DNA of 44,079 nt, the filler included, from Eubacteriales bacterium (GTDB taxonomy: Bacteria; Bacillota; Clostridia; Oscillospirales; CAG-382), in NCBI GenBank assembly GCA_045636665.1. It is 3 parts of 3 records of this genome, joined end to end, with 100 filler letters (N's around TTAATTAATTAA, not from the genome) between each part and the next. Parts side by side here need not be neighbours in the genome. Positions count along the whole stretch, not along the records: positions 1 to 12,624 come from JAZTXY010000133.1; positions 12,725 to 36,867 come from JAZTXY010000135.1; 1 more part is not named here. One strand, written 5' to 3'. This document shows positions 9,902-18,854 of the stretch, one piece after another. The translations under genes were made by a program, and so were the position numbers. Within the stretch, counting starts at the first letter, position 1. Each line of letters begins with the position of its first letter. A model generated the notes under the pieces. The model made no database searches and was not told the origin of the DNA. It saw only the letters and a program-made list of their open reading frames with translations.

Positions 9902-10507
9902 ATGAATGCTGACAACAAATCTAAAGCAATCGTTCTCTATGAACCCCCTAAACGCAAACAAGTTTTATTGTTGCGCGAATTTATTGCAAGATTAAATTCT
10001 TCTCTTTATAAATATTTCTATAAACGCCGCAAATTATTGCTTTCTTCTTTAATTGTTTTTTCTCTATTTTTTATGGTAGGGAATTGTATTGCGGCACACT
10101 ACCTTTTTAAATTGCCCTATATACTTGATGTGTTATCAGATGAGTATTTTATAAAAACTTTTCTTATTACATATTTCTTTGTATTTGCAAGCGGTTATAC
10201 TATTTTCGGTAGTGTTATGTCCGTTTGTTTTTTTCTGCTCTTTTCGTTTTTACTGGGCAATTTTTCATATTGCGGTTTTAGTTTGTTTCAATTAGATTTT
10301 AAGCTTTTTGTCTACTTTGCGATTTTGATTACGGCGTCTTTGTTACTGTCGCTTTTTTGCATTGAATCATACGATTTTTATTCGCACTGCAAAACCTCAA
10401 AGAAGCTGATTTTCACAAAACAATCAGCGGTTTATTTCATTTTTTCCTTAATTGTATTTTTCTTATTATTTATATTATTAACTTCAATTACTAATTATTT
10501 TTGGTAG
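9902..10507 (+). CDS. Polytopic membrane protein, possibly a divergent SpoIIM
   Basis: About 5 Phe/Leu-rich TM segments, about 200 aa, directly upstream of xerD where spoIIM sits in many spore-formers; sequence itself not diagnostic. Confidence 0.45.
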   Translation: MNADNKSKAIVLYEPPKRKQVLLLREFIARLNSSLYKYFYKRRKLLLSSLIVFSLFFMVGNCIAAHYLFKLPYILDVLSDEYFIKTFLITYFFVFASGYTIFGSVMSVCFFLLFSFLLGNFSYCGFSLFQLDFKLFVYFAILITASLLLSLFCIESYDFYSHCKTSKKLIFTKQSAVYFIFSLIVFFLLFILLTSITNYFW

Positions 10508-10514
10508 GGTATTT

Positions 10515-11426
10515 ATGACCGGTTGTGAACTTAACAATAACCTCATATCACAACTGAATACATATTTTGTTTACTTGCAAGATGTCAAGAAGTGTTCCAA
10601 TAACACGTTGCAAGCATATCAAAGAGATCTTCAAAAGTTTGTTGATTATCTGTCCGATATTGAAATCGAAGATTTTGCTGTTGTCGATTCGGATATTATC
10701 GCAAATTTTAAGATATATTTGACTTCGTTAGGGCTTTCTTCGCCTTCGGTAAGCAGAACACTTTCGTCAATGCGCGGTTTATATCAATTTTTTGTTATGA
10801 ACGGCATTTGTGACTCAAACCCCGCAAAGGTGATTCACAACGATAAGGTCGAAAAGAAAGAAATCGCGGTTATGACTGCAAGCGAGGTCGAAACTTTACT
10901 TGCACAGCCAGATTGTAATGATATCAAAGGAATCCGTGACAAAGCAATGCTCGAACTTCTGTATGCTACGGGCATAAAGGTTTCGGAATTAATCGGACTA
11001 AACGTCGAAGATTTTAATGCTCAGTTATCTTTTATAAGATGCGGCGATAACGAAAAGGAAAGATTTATTCCAATATATCCGGTTGCCGCAAAAGCTGTAA
11101 TTACGTATCTCGAAAAAGCTCGTAAGCTTTTGGTTTCGAACGAAAACGAGCGAGCGCTCTTTGTAAACGTAACCGGCGAAAAGATGACAAGGCAAGGATT
11201 TTGGAAAATCATAAAAGCGTATGCGGTTAAAGCAAATATCAAAAAAACAATTACTCCGCATACATTAAGAAACTCTTTTGCATCACATTTGCTCGAAAAC
11301 GGCGCAGACATTCATGATATTCAAGTGATATTGGGTCATTCGGATATCGCTTCAACACAACGCTACGCACAGTTTTTGAAGGATAAGATGAAAAACAGTT
11401 ATATTAAATTTCATCCGCGCGCATGA
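10515..11426 (+). CDS. xerD: XerD-like tyrosine recombinase
   Basis: SNNTLQAYQRDL, RDKAMLELLYATG, TRQGFWKIIK, ITPHTLR, HLLENGADI, ILGHSDIASTQRY, HPRA C-terminus. Confidence 0.88.
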   Translation: MTGCELNNNLISQLNTYFVYLQDVKKCSNNTLQAYQRDLQKFVDYLSDIEIEDFAVVDSDIIANFKIYLTSLGLSSPSVSRTLSSMRGLYQFFVMNGICDSNPAKVIHNDKVEKKEIAVMTASEVETLLAQPDCNDIKGIRDKAMLELLYATGIKVSELIGLNVEDFNAQLSFIRCGDNEKERFIPIYPVAAKAVITYLEKARKLLVSNENERALFVNVTGEKMTRQGFWKIIKAYAVKANIKKTITPHTLRNSFASHLLENGADIHDIQVILGHSDIASTQRYAQFLKDKMKNSYIKFHPRA

Positions 11427-11435
11427 GGAAAATAA

Positions 11436-12428
11436 ATGGGTAAACTTTTTAATTTTATTTCCGGCCATAACAAGGCAGGGAAGGGCATAACAAAAAAGCA
11501 GGTTGAGTTTGATAAAAAGCTTGGTTTCGGTTTTTTCTTCAAACTTATGAAAACACGTCTTGGTAAATTTTCTGCCACTAATTTAATTTTTGCACTTTGC
11601 AACGTATTCTTTTTCGTCGCACTGTTTGGCTTTGCAGGCATCTTGGATGATTCAACATCGACCGCCGCAAATCCTTTATATGCGCAAATCAGTGCAGCTG
11701 CGACCAACGATGCAGGCCCCGGAATAGCATCGCTGTATAGCGTTTATTGCGCTTCTACGAGCATAAGAATTGTATCGGATGCCTCAAACGCACTTATGAA
11801 TACTATCTATGTGTTATTACTCACGTTCGGCATTTCGACTGTCGGAATGATTTATAACATGAGAAACGTCTGCACAGGCGAATACGTTGACACTTGGCAC
11901 GATTTCTTCTATGCTATTAAACGCAACTTTAAGCAGGGAATCATCATCGGCATTTTAGATGCGGTTATTATTTGTCTTCTTGTGTATGATATTTTGGCTT
12001 ACGGTTCAGAATCCGGTAACGAGTTTATTTGGTTAGTCTTCTATTATGCGTCAATCGTATTTATTGCGCTTTATTATATAATGAGGTTTTACATTTATCT
12101 GCAGCTCGTTACTTGCGAAATGTCTATAGGTAAAATGATAAAGAACTCATTTCTTTTAACGGTACTTGGTATCAAGAGAAACTTTGTCGGTTTATTAGGC
12201 GCGATATTGTTCGTATTGCTTTTATTGTACGCTTATGTATTGTTGCCGCAGTTTACGTTTATTTTGCTTTGTATGTTTGTATTTTCATTCTTAACGTATA
12301 TAGGCGTTTACTGTGCATATCCGATTCTTAAGAAATACGTTATCGATCCGTATTACGAAGATCATCCAGAAGAAATGCCGAACGATCCGTGGTCAACCGA
12401 AGAACGTGTATTTATTGACAGAGGATAA
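11436..12428 (+). CDS. YesL/DUF624-like integral membrane protein
   Basis: DFFYAIKRNFKQG motif, multiple TM helices, KNSFLLTVLG. Confidence 0.7.
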   Translation: MGKLFNFISGHNKAGKGITKKQVEFDKKLGFGFFFKLMKTRLGKFSATNLIFALCNVFFFVALFGFAGILDDSTSTAANPLYAQISAAATNDAGPGIASLYSVYCASTSIRIVSDASNALMNTIYVLLLTFGISTVGMIYNMRNVCTGEYVDTWHDFFYAIKRNFKQGIIIGILDAVIICLLVYDILAYGSESGNEFIWLVFYYASIVFIALYYIMRFYIYLQLVTCEMSIGKMIKNSFLLTVLGIKRNFVGLLGAILFVLLLLYAYVLLPQFTFILLCMFVFSFLTYIGVYCAYPILKKYVIDPYYEDHPEEMPNDPWSTEERVFIDRG

Positions 12429-12432
12429 ACAT

Positions 12433-12463
12433 ATAAAGACCTATCGATTTGATAGGTCTTTAT
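12433..12463. terminator. Intrinsic terminator hairpin after the YesL-like gene
   Basis: ATAAAGACCTATC-GATTT-GATAGGTCTTTAT perfect 13-bp inverted repeat. Confidence 0.8.
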
Positions 12464-12565
12464 TAAATCATCAACGTAAAGGGAATTAACAATTTCTCTC
12501 TTCTCCTTTATGAGCCTATTATATATATTGGATTTTTTATATTATAGAGGGTAATGATATTTTTG

Positions 12566-12601
12566 AAAAGACCTCTTGGGCTTTGTTTCAAGAGGTGTTT
12601 T
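12566..12601. terminator. Second hairpin, probably terminating a gene lost at the contig end
   Basis: AAAAGACCTCTTG...CAAGAGGTGTTTT with A/T tracts on both sides. Confidence 0.5.
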
Positions 12602-12624
12602 GGTATATCAGACGCGTAATGTTT

Positions 12625-12724
12625 NNNNNNNNNNNNNNNNNNNNNNNNNNNNNNNNNNNNNNNNNNNNTTAATTAATTAANNNNNNNNNNNNNNNNNNNN
12701 NNNNNNNNNNNNNNNNNNNNNNNN
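12625..12724. other. Artificial contig-join linker
   Basis: 44 N + TTAATTAATTAA (stop codons in all six frames) + 44 N. Confidence 0.97.
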
Positions 12725-13104
<380 letters not shown>

Positions 13105-13112
13105 GTATATTT

Positions 13113-14237
13113 TTATTTTTTGGGCTTAAAAAACTGATACAGATTACATTTAATCATACCGTTATAAAGAACGCGCTTTTTATCGCTTCTTCTGCCGAAA
13201 TAACGTTCAAACAGTTCATCGGAAGTGATTATATACATCTGCCAGTTAGGAACGGTGTTTGAAAACTGTGTTCCGATTGCTTTTGCCAAGGCACGCGCCT
13301 CGGTTAAATCACCCAAACGCTCGCCGTACGGCGGATTGGTAATTATCGTACCGCGCGCTTCCGAAATCGGTGAAACAAACTTACGCGCATCGGCAACCTT
13401 GAAATCGATATACTTGCCGACACCCGCTTTTCTCGCATTATCGCGTGCGAGCTCAACTGCAGCAGGATCTATATCGGAACCGAATATTTGAGTCAACGGC
13501 TCACGAATATCCGCCCTTGCCGACTCTCGTTCGTTTGTCCAAATCGATTTTATCAACAAAGGAAAGTCCTCGGCGATAAATTTACGGTTCAGACCGGGCG
13601 CGACGTTACACGCTTGCGTTGCGGCTTCGATTGCAATTGTACCGCTTCCGCAAAGAGGATCGCAAATAATAACGTTATCGCGCATACGCGAAAGCTTAAC
13701 CATTGCGGCGGCAAGTGTTTCGCGCAGAGGTGCGGCGCCCGAAAGAGCGCGGTAGCCTCTTTTGTGAAGACCTACACCCGTTGTGTCGATCATAAGCGTT
13801 GCGGTATCATTAAGTATAAAGAACTCTATTTGATATTTAGCGCCCGTTTCGGGAAAAATGCGAATCTTATATTTGTTTGAAAGCGCATCAACGACCGATT
13901 TCTTGACTATTTTTTGGCAGTCAGGTATCGAAAACAGTTTGCTTCTTATCGAGTGACCTTTTACGGGGAACGCATCGTATTTTCCTATATAGTCAGACCA
14001 AGGAAGCTTTTTCGTGCCCTCGAAAAGATCGTCAAACGTATACGCCTTAAACGAACCGAGCTTTATCAAAATTCTTTCGGCGGTACGAAGACGAATATTG
14101 CACCTTGCGATAGCATCGGTCGGCGCTTCGAAGGTTACTCTGCCGTCAATGGTTTCTATTCTTTTATATCCAAGGTTGTCTATTTCCTCGCCGAGCAAGC
14201 CCTCAAGGCCGAACAGACAGGTTGCAACTAATTCCAT
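13113..14237 (-). CDS. THUMP-domain class I SAM-dependent rRNA methyltransferase (RlmL/YpsC-like)
   Basis: FGLE N-terminus, LHKRGYR, APLRETLAAA, DPLCGSGTI, TNPPYGERL. Confidence 0.93.
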   Translation of the reverse strand: MELVATCLFGLEGLLGEEIDNLGYKRIETIDGRVTFEAPTDAIARCNIRLRTAERILIKLGSFKAYTFDDLFEGTKKLPWSDYIGKYDAFPVKGHSIRSKLFSIPDCQKIVKKSVVDALSNKYKIRIFPETGAKYQIEFFILNDTATLMIDTTGVGLHKRGYRALSGAAPLRETLAAAMVKLSRMRDNVIICDPLCGSGTIAIEAATQACNVAPGLNRKFIAEDFPLLIKSIWTNERESARADIREPLTQIFGSDIDPAAVELARDNARKAGVGKYIDFKVADARKFVSPISEARGTIITNPPYGERLGDLTEARALAKAIGTQFSNTVPNWQMYIITSDELFERYFGRRSDKKRVLYNGMIKCNLYQFFKPKK

Positions 14238-14263
14238 TATATACTCCGTTTTATGAGTTTATC

Positions 14264-16126
14264 CTATTTGGAAGATTTTTTCTTTTTTATTATAACGAAA
14301 ACAAGGGCAATTGCAACTGCTATGCAAACAGCTGTAATAACGTACACAAATGTATTGCTTTCGGTTTCATCTGTATTATTTCCGCTTTCGGTTTCACTGC
14401 TTTCGGAAACCTCGGGCAACGATTCGGGGATTGATTCAGGAGTTGATTCGGGAGTTGATTCGGGTTTGGAAACAACATCGGTATCGGGTATTTTAGATGC
14501 ATCGCCAACACCAACAAGTGCTTCGGAACAGAAAACAAAATTCGAATCGGAATTGATAAATGAAAATTTAACGTAACGGGCAGAAACGGGCTTGCAAACA
14601 AATTTAACGTAAGAAACAATATCAACGTATTTAAGCTCGGGAGTTGCAAGCAATTCGAAATTTTCGCCGTCTTCGGAAATCAATATCTGAACGTCATCTG
14701 CAGGATCGCCGATGCCGTACAGCTCGATATGGCTAAAATGCGCCATAAAGTGTGTAAGATCGTTTCTGACCTTTCCGAGGTCGACGGTAACACTCATTCT
14801 GCCGTCGCTGTCAAGCAAGGATTTATGAAAAGCGTGCCATTCCGTTCCAAGCTCACTCGCACCGACAATGCCGTCGGTAAGCTCTTTTCCGTCGTTTTTC
14901 TGATAATCGATAGTGCTTCCGTCGGAATATGCCTTTGAAGCGGTATAGGGCTTACCCTTGGAAATCCAATCAACGTCACTATCCATTGTGAACGTTTCGC
15001 TGCGAAGCGATTTTATATCATTTTCGGTAAGAGTGCCCTTTGAATATTTATAAGTAAGGTCATAGATTGAGCGAGCGCGTGCATTTTCGGAGTAGCAGGC
15101 GGCATAAAAAACGGCTTGTTTTGCATCCTGATAATACATTTTTATCGAATCCATTGCGCCGAGCTTCATACCTCCCTCGAGATAATCGAGATAGCGATTG
15201 AAGTATTCACCGCTGGTAAGCGCCTTGCCGTCGATTTCGATTTCCATACCCATTCCGTATCTTATACAGTCATCCAAGCAGGTTTCGACACGTTTCGCAT
15301 CGGCAATTTGTTGCCAATACATATTGGGTTGCATAGTAACTGCGTCAATGCCAAGGCTCTTCCATTGCTTGTAACCGTTCGATCTGAACCAAGGAATCCA
15401 AACGAATTTAAGTCCCTTTGAATGGAGATATTCAGAGGCGTACAAAAACAGCTCTTTATCGGCAGTGCCTTTATCGCCCGTGTTAAGGTATTCCTCCAAC
15501 CAATAAAAGCCGATAAGATCGAGATGCTGATAATCTCTTTCGTTGAAAAGCTTTAACTGCTCATCAATAATCCATTTAACTGCATATTTTCGGTCTTCCA
15601 TTTTGGTGAAGTCAAGTGCTTTACCGCCAAGCGAGCCGAATTTATCACCGGCTTCGACACCGGGATAGAGGATTGTAAGGACAACGCCTGCTTTACGCGA
15701 ATTATCGTTAAGCTCCTTTTTTGCTTCGCCAAACGCTACTTCAAGCGCATCAACGTTTGCGTCCTTATAAAAGGTATCTTCGACGTAATTAGTCCAGTCG
15801 ATTGCTTTTGTTGGGTTTTGGGTATCATAATGAATTCTTGCACCGGAGGGGCCTGACGAAACGCAGGGCAAGAAAAGGTAGCTGTCAAAGAAGAAATCCT
15901 TGGCATTACCGTTTTCATCAAGATAAGCGACGTAGGGCTTTAAATCCTCGGGATAATGGCGACCGTAATCACTTTTATTAGAGTTATGTGTATAAGTGAG
16001 AACAAGATTTTCATATCCGTCCATAACCTCGGGGGTAGGCATTGCCGCACTTACGGAAACGTCAAAAGCGAAAACGACAGACATCAACATTGCTATGCAA
16101 AGCGAAATACTCAAAACCTTTTTCAT
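14264..16126 (-). CDS. Secreted DUF4855-type putative glycoside hydrolase with F5/8C (CBM32-like) module, Pro/Glu/Ser/Thr linker and C-terminal membrane anchor
   Basis: Signal peptide MKKVLS...VSA; FFDSYLFLP, GFYWLEE, WIPW, QPN, MEIEID, MYYQD motifs; LTDG...VTVDLG...ISEDGENF...ARYVKF module; TM helix plus KKKKSSK; ATG 16126 after GGAGG. Confidence 0.8.
   Translation of the reverse strand: MKKVLSISLCIAMLMSVVFAFDVSVSAAMPTPEVMDGYENLVLTYTHNSNKSDYGRHYPEDLKPYVAYLDENGNAKDFFFDSYLFLPCVSSGPSGARIHYDTQNPTKAIDWTNYVEDTFYKDANVDALEVAFGEAKKELNDNSRKAGVVLTILYPGVEAGDKFGSLGGKALDFTKMEDRKYAVKWIIDEQLKLFNERDYQHLDLIGFYWLEEYLNTGDKGTADKELFLYASEYLHSKGLKFVWIPWFRSNGYKQWKSLGIDAVTMQPNMYWQQIADAKRVETCLDDCIRYGMGMEIEIDGKALTSGEYFNRYLDYLEGGMKLGAMDSIKMYYQDAKQAVFYAACYSENARARSIYDLTYKYSKGTLTENDIKSLRSETFTMDSDVDWISKGKPYTASKAYSDGSTIDYQKNDGKELTDGIVGASELGTEWHAFHKSLLDSDGRMSVTVDLGKVRNDLTHFMAHFSHIELYGIGDPADDVQILISEDGENFELLATPELKYVDIVSYVKFVCKPVSARYVKFSFINSDSNFVFCSEALVGVGDASKIPDTDVVSKPESTPESTPESIPESLPEVSESSETESGNNTDETESNTFVYVITAVCIAVAIALVFVIIKKKKSSK
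14421..14464 (-). repeat. About 4 x 12-bp coding tandem repeat (PEST/PESI/PESL linker)
   Basis: GATTCRGG recurs on the + strand at 14421, 14433, 14445 and 14457. Confidence 0.85.
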
Positions 16127-16153
16127 TGTTGCCTCCAAAAAGCAGTTTGATTA

Positions 16154-16182
16154 ATTCTACCATAATGCCTTGTTTTTTTCAA
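16154..16182 (-). promoter_or_regulatory. SigA promoter for the membrane-anchored DUF4855 gene
   Basis: TTGAAA-17 nt-TAGAAT with extended TG. Confidence 0.65.
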
Positions 16183-16216
16183 TAGTTTTAATAAATCTTA
16201 TTGCCTTGGAAAAAGC

Positions 16217-16247
16217 AAACCCAACGCTTAACTATTGCGTTGGGTTT
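16217..16247 (-). terminator. Intrinsic terminator after the DUF4855-dockerin gene
   Basis: AAACCCAACGC-9 nt-GCGTTGGGTTT followed by a U-rich tract on the minus strand. Confidence 0.75.
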
Positions 16248-16254
16248 ATCCTTA

Positions 16255-17583
16255 TTATGAAATTTTATACGTTCCCATAACGTGGCGTTTTATGAGTATA
16301 TAGTCATATTTATCGGCCTCTCCGTTTTTGTTAACGTCTGATCGACCTATTATTAGCGGATCGGTCTGAACCGTATTCATACAAATGCGCTTTACAAAAA
16401 TATAATCATATTTATCTATTTCTCCATCGGCATTTACATCGCCCAAAAGCGAGGAATCACCTCTCGCAACGTTGATATCGAATTTTGTAAGTGTCCCTTT
16501 TGCGTATTTGTAGGTTAGATCGTATACTATTCTTCCGTAAGGCGCTTTTCCTGTATGCGCACTATAATAGACCGCAGTTTTTTTATCTTGATAATACATT
16601 TTCACAGAATTCATTGCGCCCAATTCCATACCGTCTTCAAGGTACTGCAGATATCTGTTGAAGTATTCTTCATAATAGAGCGCGCGCAAATCGATCTCCA
16701 TTTCCATAGAGAGTCCGTGCGCTTGTGAAAACTCAATGCTCGACTTCACACGGTCATAGTCGGCAGTGTTCATAAAATACATATTGGGTTGCATACACGC
16801 AACGTCTATCCCGAGCTCGCTTGTACGATCGGTTCCGAAAGCTTTATACCAAGGTATCCAAATAAATTTCAAACCTTTTGAATGGAGATAATCGGATGCG
16901 TAATTGAACAATTCGATATCCTCATCGGTAAATTCGCAGTTCATAAGATATTCTTCGAGCCAATAAAAACCTACTAAATCGAGGTTTTCGTAATTGCTTT
17001 CGGTGAAACGCTCAATTTGCTCATCGATTAACCATTTGATGGCATATTTTCTGTCTTCGTGAATTGAAAGGTCGAGATTTCTTCCTCCGAGATTGCCAAA
17101 CGAAACCGAGGTTTTTGTCGGATAAAGAATCGAAAAGAATACACCTGCTTTTTTATCAGAATCATCGTTAAGCGAGGTTTTTACCGTTCCGAACGCCTCT
17201 TCAAGCGCATCGACGTTATATCCCTCGGCAAAGGTATCATCAACGTACGCAATCCAATCGGACGCAACGGTAGGATTTTCGGAACTTGCGTGCATCGGTG
17301 CGCCCGAAGGCCCGATTGAATTACACGGCAAAAAAAGATAACTGTCGAAAAAATAATCGCTGACATTTCCGTTGGCATCGACATATCCGACGTACGGTAT
17401 AAGATCCGATGCTTCGTGCCTTCCGTAATTTTGTCCGTAAAAATCAAACGTATAAGTAAGACAAACGTTTTCATAACCGCAAAGATCGGAGGATGACGGC
17501 ATTTCGGCAGACACATTCATTGATTGAATCACAAGCAACGGCAGAAGCAAGGAAAAAACGAGAAACAATGATGTTTTTTTCAT
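16255..17583 (-). CDS. Secreted DUF4855-type putative glycoside hydrolase with C-terminal dockerin
   Basis: Signal peptide ending VSA; same motifs as 14264-16126 (FFDSYLFLP, GFYWLEE, WIPW, MQPNMY, MEMEID); duplicated Ca-loop GDVNADGEIDKYDY...DVNKNGEADKYDY. Confidence 0.82.
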   Translation of the reverse strand: MKKTSLFLVFSLLLPLLVIQSMNVSAEMPSSSDLCGYENVCLTYTFDFYGQNYGRHEASDLIPYVGYVDANGNVSDYFFDSYLFLPCNSIGPSGAPMHASSENPTVASDWIAYVDDTFAEGYNVDALEEAFGTVKTSLNDDSDKKAGVFFSILYPTKTSVSFGNLGGRNLDLSIHEDRKYAIKWLIDEQIERFTESNYENLDLVGFYWLEEYLMNCEFTDEDIELFNYASDYLHSKGLKFIWIPWYKAFGTDRTSELGIDVACMQPNMYFMNTADYDRVKSSIEFSQAHGLSMEMEIDLRALYYEEYFNRYLQYLEDGMELGAMNSVKMYYQDKKTAVYYSAHTGKAPYGRIVYDLTYKYAKGTLTKFDINVARGDSSLLGDVNADGEIDKYDYIFVKRICMNTVQTDPLIIGRSDVNKNGEADKYDYILIKRHVMGTYKIS

Positions 17584-17658
17584 AAATACTCCTTTGATTT
17601 TTTATTTAACATATCTCTGTTGTTTTATGAAAATATTTTGAAGATGTTATTGAAATGT

Positions 17659-17691
17659 AAAAACACTTCGCGACAAAGGCGAAGTGTTTTT
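17659..17691. terminator. Intrinsic terminator ending the long minus-strand operon
   Basis: AAAAACACTTCGC-GACAAAG-GCGAAGTGTTTTT. Confidence 0.8.
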
Positions 17692-17721
17692 TAAAATCAT
17701 TTAATCTTTAAATTATGCACT

Positions 17722-18291
17722 TTAAAAAATTAATTTTTCGGCATATCCACAAAGTATTCCGAGTCCTGCCGAGCCCAATATTAAATAAATGGGATTGACC
17801 TTTTTCAAAGCAAGGACAACGACTATCGCAAATATAACGAGTGATGCGAAAAATTGAAAATCAAAAGCCGAAAGCGAGATTCCAACAGGAAAGAACACGC
17901 CGAATCCAAGTGAAACTATAGCCGCCGCAATAAGTCCCACAACTACGGGTCGAAGACCTACAAGACAGCTTTTTACAACAAAGCTGTTTTTATATTTCGT
18001 ATAAAACCTTGCAACAATCAAAATCACAATGAACGACGGAAGAACAACACCGAGCGTTGCACATATAGCGCCAAAGATACCGCCGGTTTGAACACCGATA
18101 TAGGTAGCCATATTGATTGCAACGGGACCGGGTGTTGATTCGGCAACTGCGATAAAGTTAAGCAGCTGTTCTTCATTCATCCAGTTGTTTGCCAATACCT
18201 CCTGCTGCATAAAAGGGAGCATTGCATAACCGCCGCCGAAGGTAAATGCGCCGATTTTTAAAAAGGTGAGAAATAACTCAAGATAGATCAT
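17722..18291 (-). CDS. Short-chain chromate transporter (CHR family), second half of pair
   Basis: KIGAFTFGGGYAM, AESTPGP, LPSF motifs; multiple TM helices. Confidence 0.92.
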   Translation of the reverse strand: MIYLELFLTFLKIGAFTFGGGYAMLPFMQQEVLANNWMNEEQLLNFIAVAESTPGPVAINMATYIGVQTGGIFGAICATLGVVLPSFIVILIVARFYTKYKNSFVVKSCLVGLRPVVVGLIAAAIVSLGFGVFFPVGISLSAFDFQFFASLVIFAIVVVLALKKVNPIYLILGSAGLGILCGYAEKLIF

Positions 18292-18845
18292 TTATTTTCC
18301 CTCCCCCTTGAAACAATCGCCACAGAAAGACCGAGCAAAGCGCCACCGAGTATTATGAACAAGACACTGATACCGGTGAAAAGCTTTATAGCGAAAGCCG
18401 CAACTGCGAGGATACAGGCAATAAGGTTTTTGGGGCATTGCTTTGCCATACCCCAAAGTGCTTTGACGATGAGCGCGATAACGCCTGCGCGAATACCGTT
18501 AAATGCGAAACGCACCACTTCATAATCAAGCATTTTTTCGAGAACGAAAGAAAGACAAGTGATGATTATAAATGACGGCAATACCGTTCCCAACGTTGCG
18601 GAAAATGCGCCCCAAAAGCCGCAGGCGCGTGTTCCCACAAAAGTCGCGGTATTAATTGCAATCGGCCCGGGGGTCGATTCGGCAATGGCCACAATATCAA
18701 ACATTGTAGATTCTTCGATCCATTTTCGTTTTTCGGCAACCTCGCGTTGGATCAGCGGCAGCATTGCATAACCGCCGCCGATCGTGAAAGCGCCTATTTT
18801 AAAGAAGGTGCCGAAAAGCGAAAGACACATTTTGAATTTGTTCAT
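18288..18845 (-). CDS. Short-chain chromate transporter (CHR family), first half of pair
   Basis: KIGAFTIGGGYAM, AESTPGPIAIN; ATGA overlap with its partner. Confidence 0.92.
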   Translation of the reverse strand: MNKFKMCLSLFGTFFKIGAFTIGGGYAMLPLIQREVAEKRKWIEESTMFDIVAIAESTPGPIAINTATFVGTRACGFWGAFSATLGTVLPSFIIITCLSFVLEKMLDYEVVRFAFNGIRAGVIALIVKALWGMAKQCPKNLIACILAVAAFAIKLFTGISVLFIILGGALLGLSVAIVSRGRENK

Positions 18846-18854
18846 AATAACTCA

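Noticed and set aside
10515..11426. Tyrosine recombinase as the integrase of a mobile element
   Set aside because: Chromosomal XerD-like sequence and context; no att repeats, tRNA, phage or conjugation genes nearby.
12669..12680. TTAATTAATTAA palindrome repeated at 36912-36923
   Set aside because: Embedded in N runs; a synthetic six-frame stop linker, not a biological repeat or att site.
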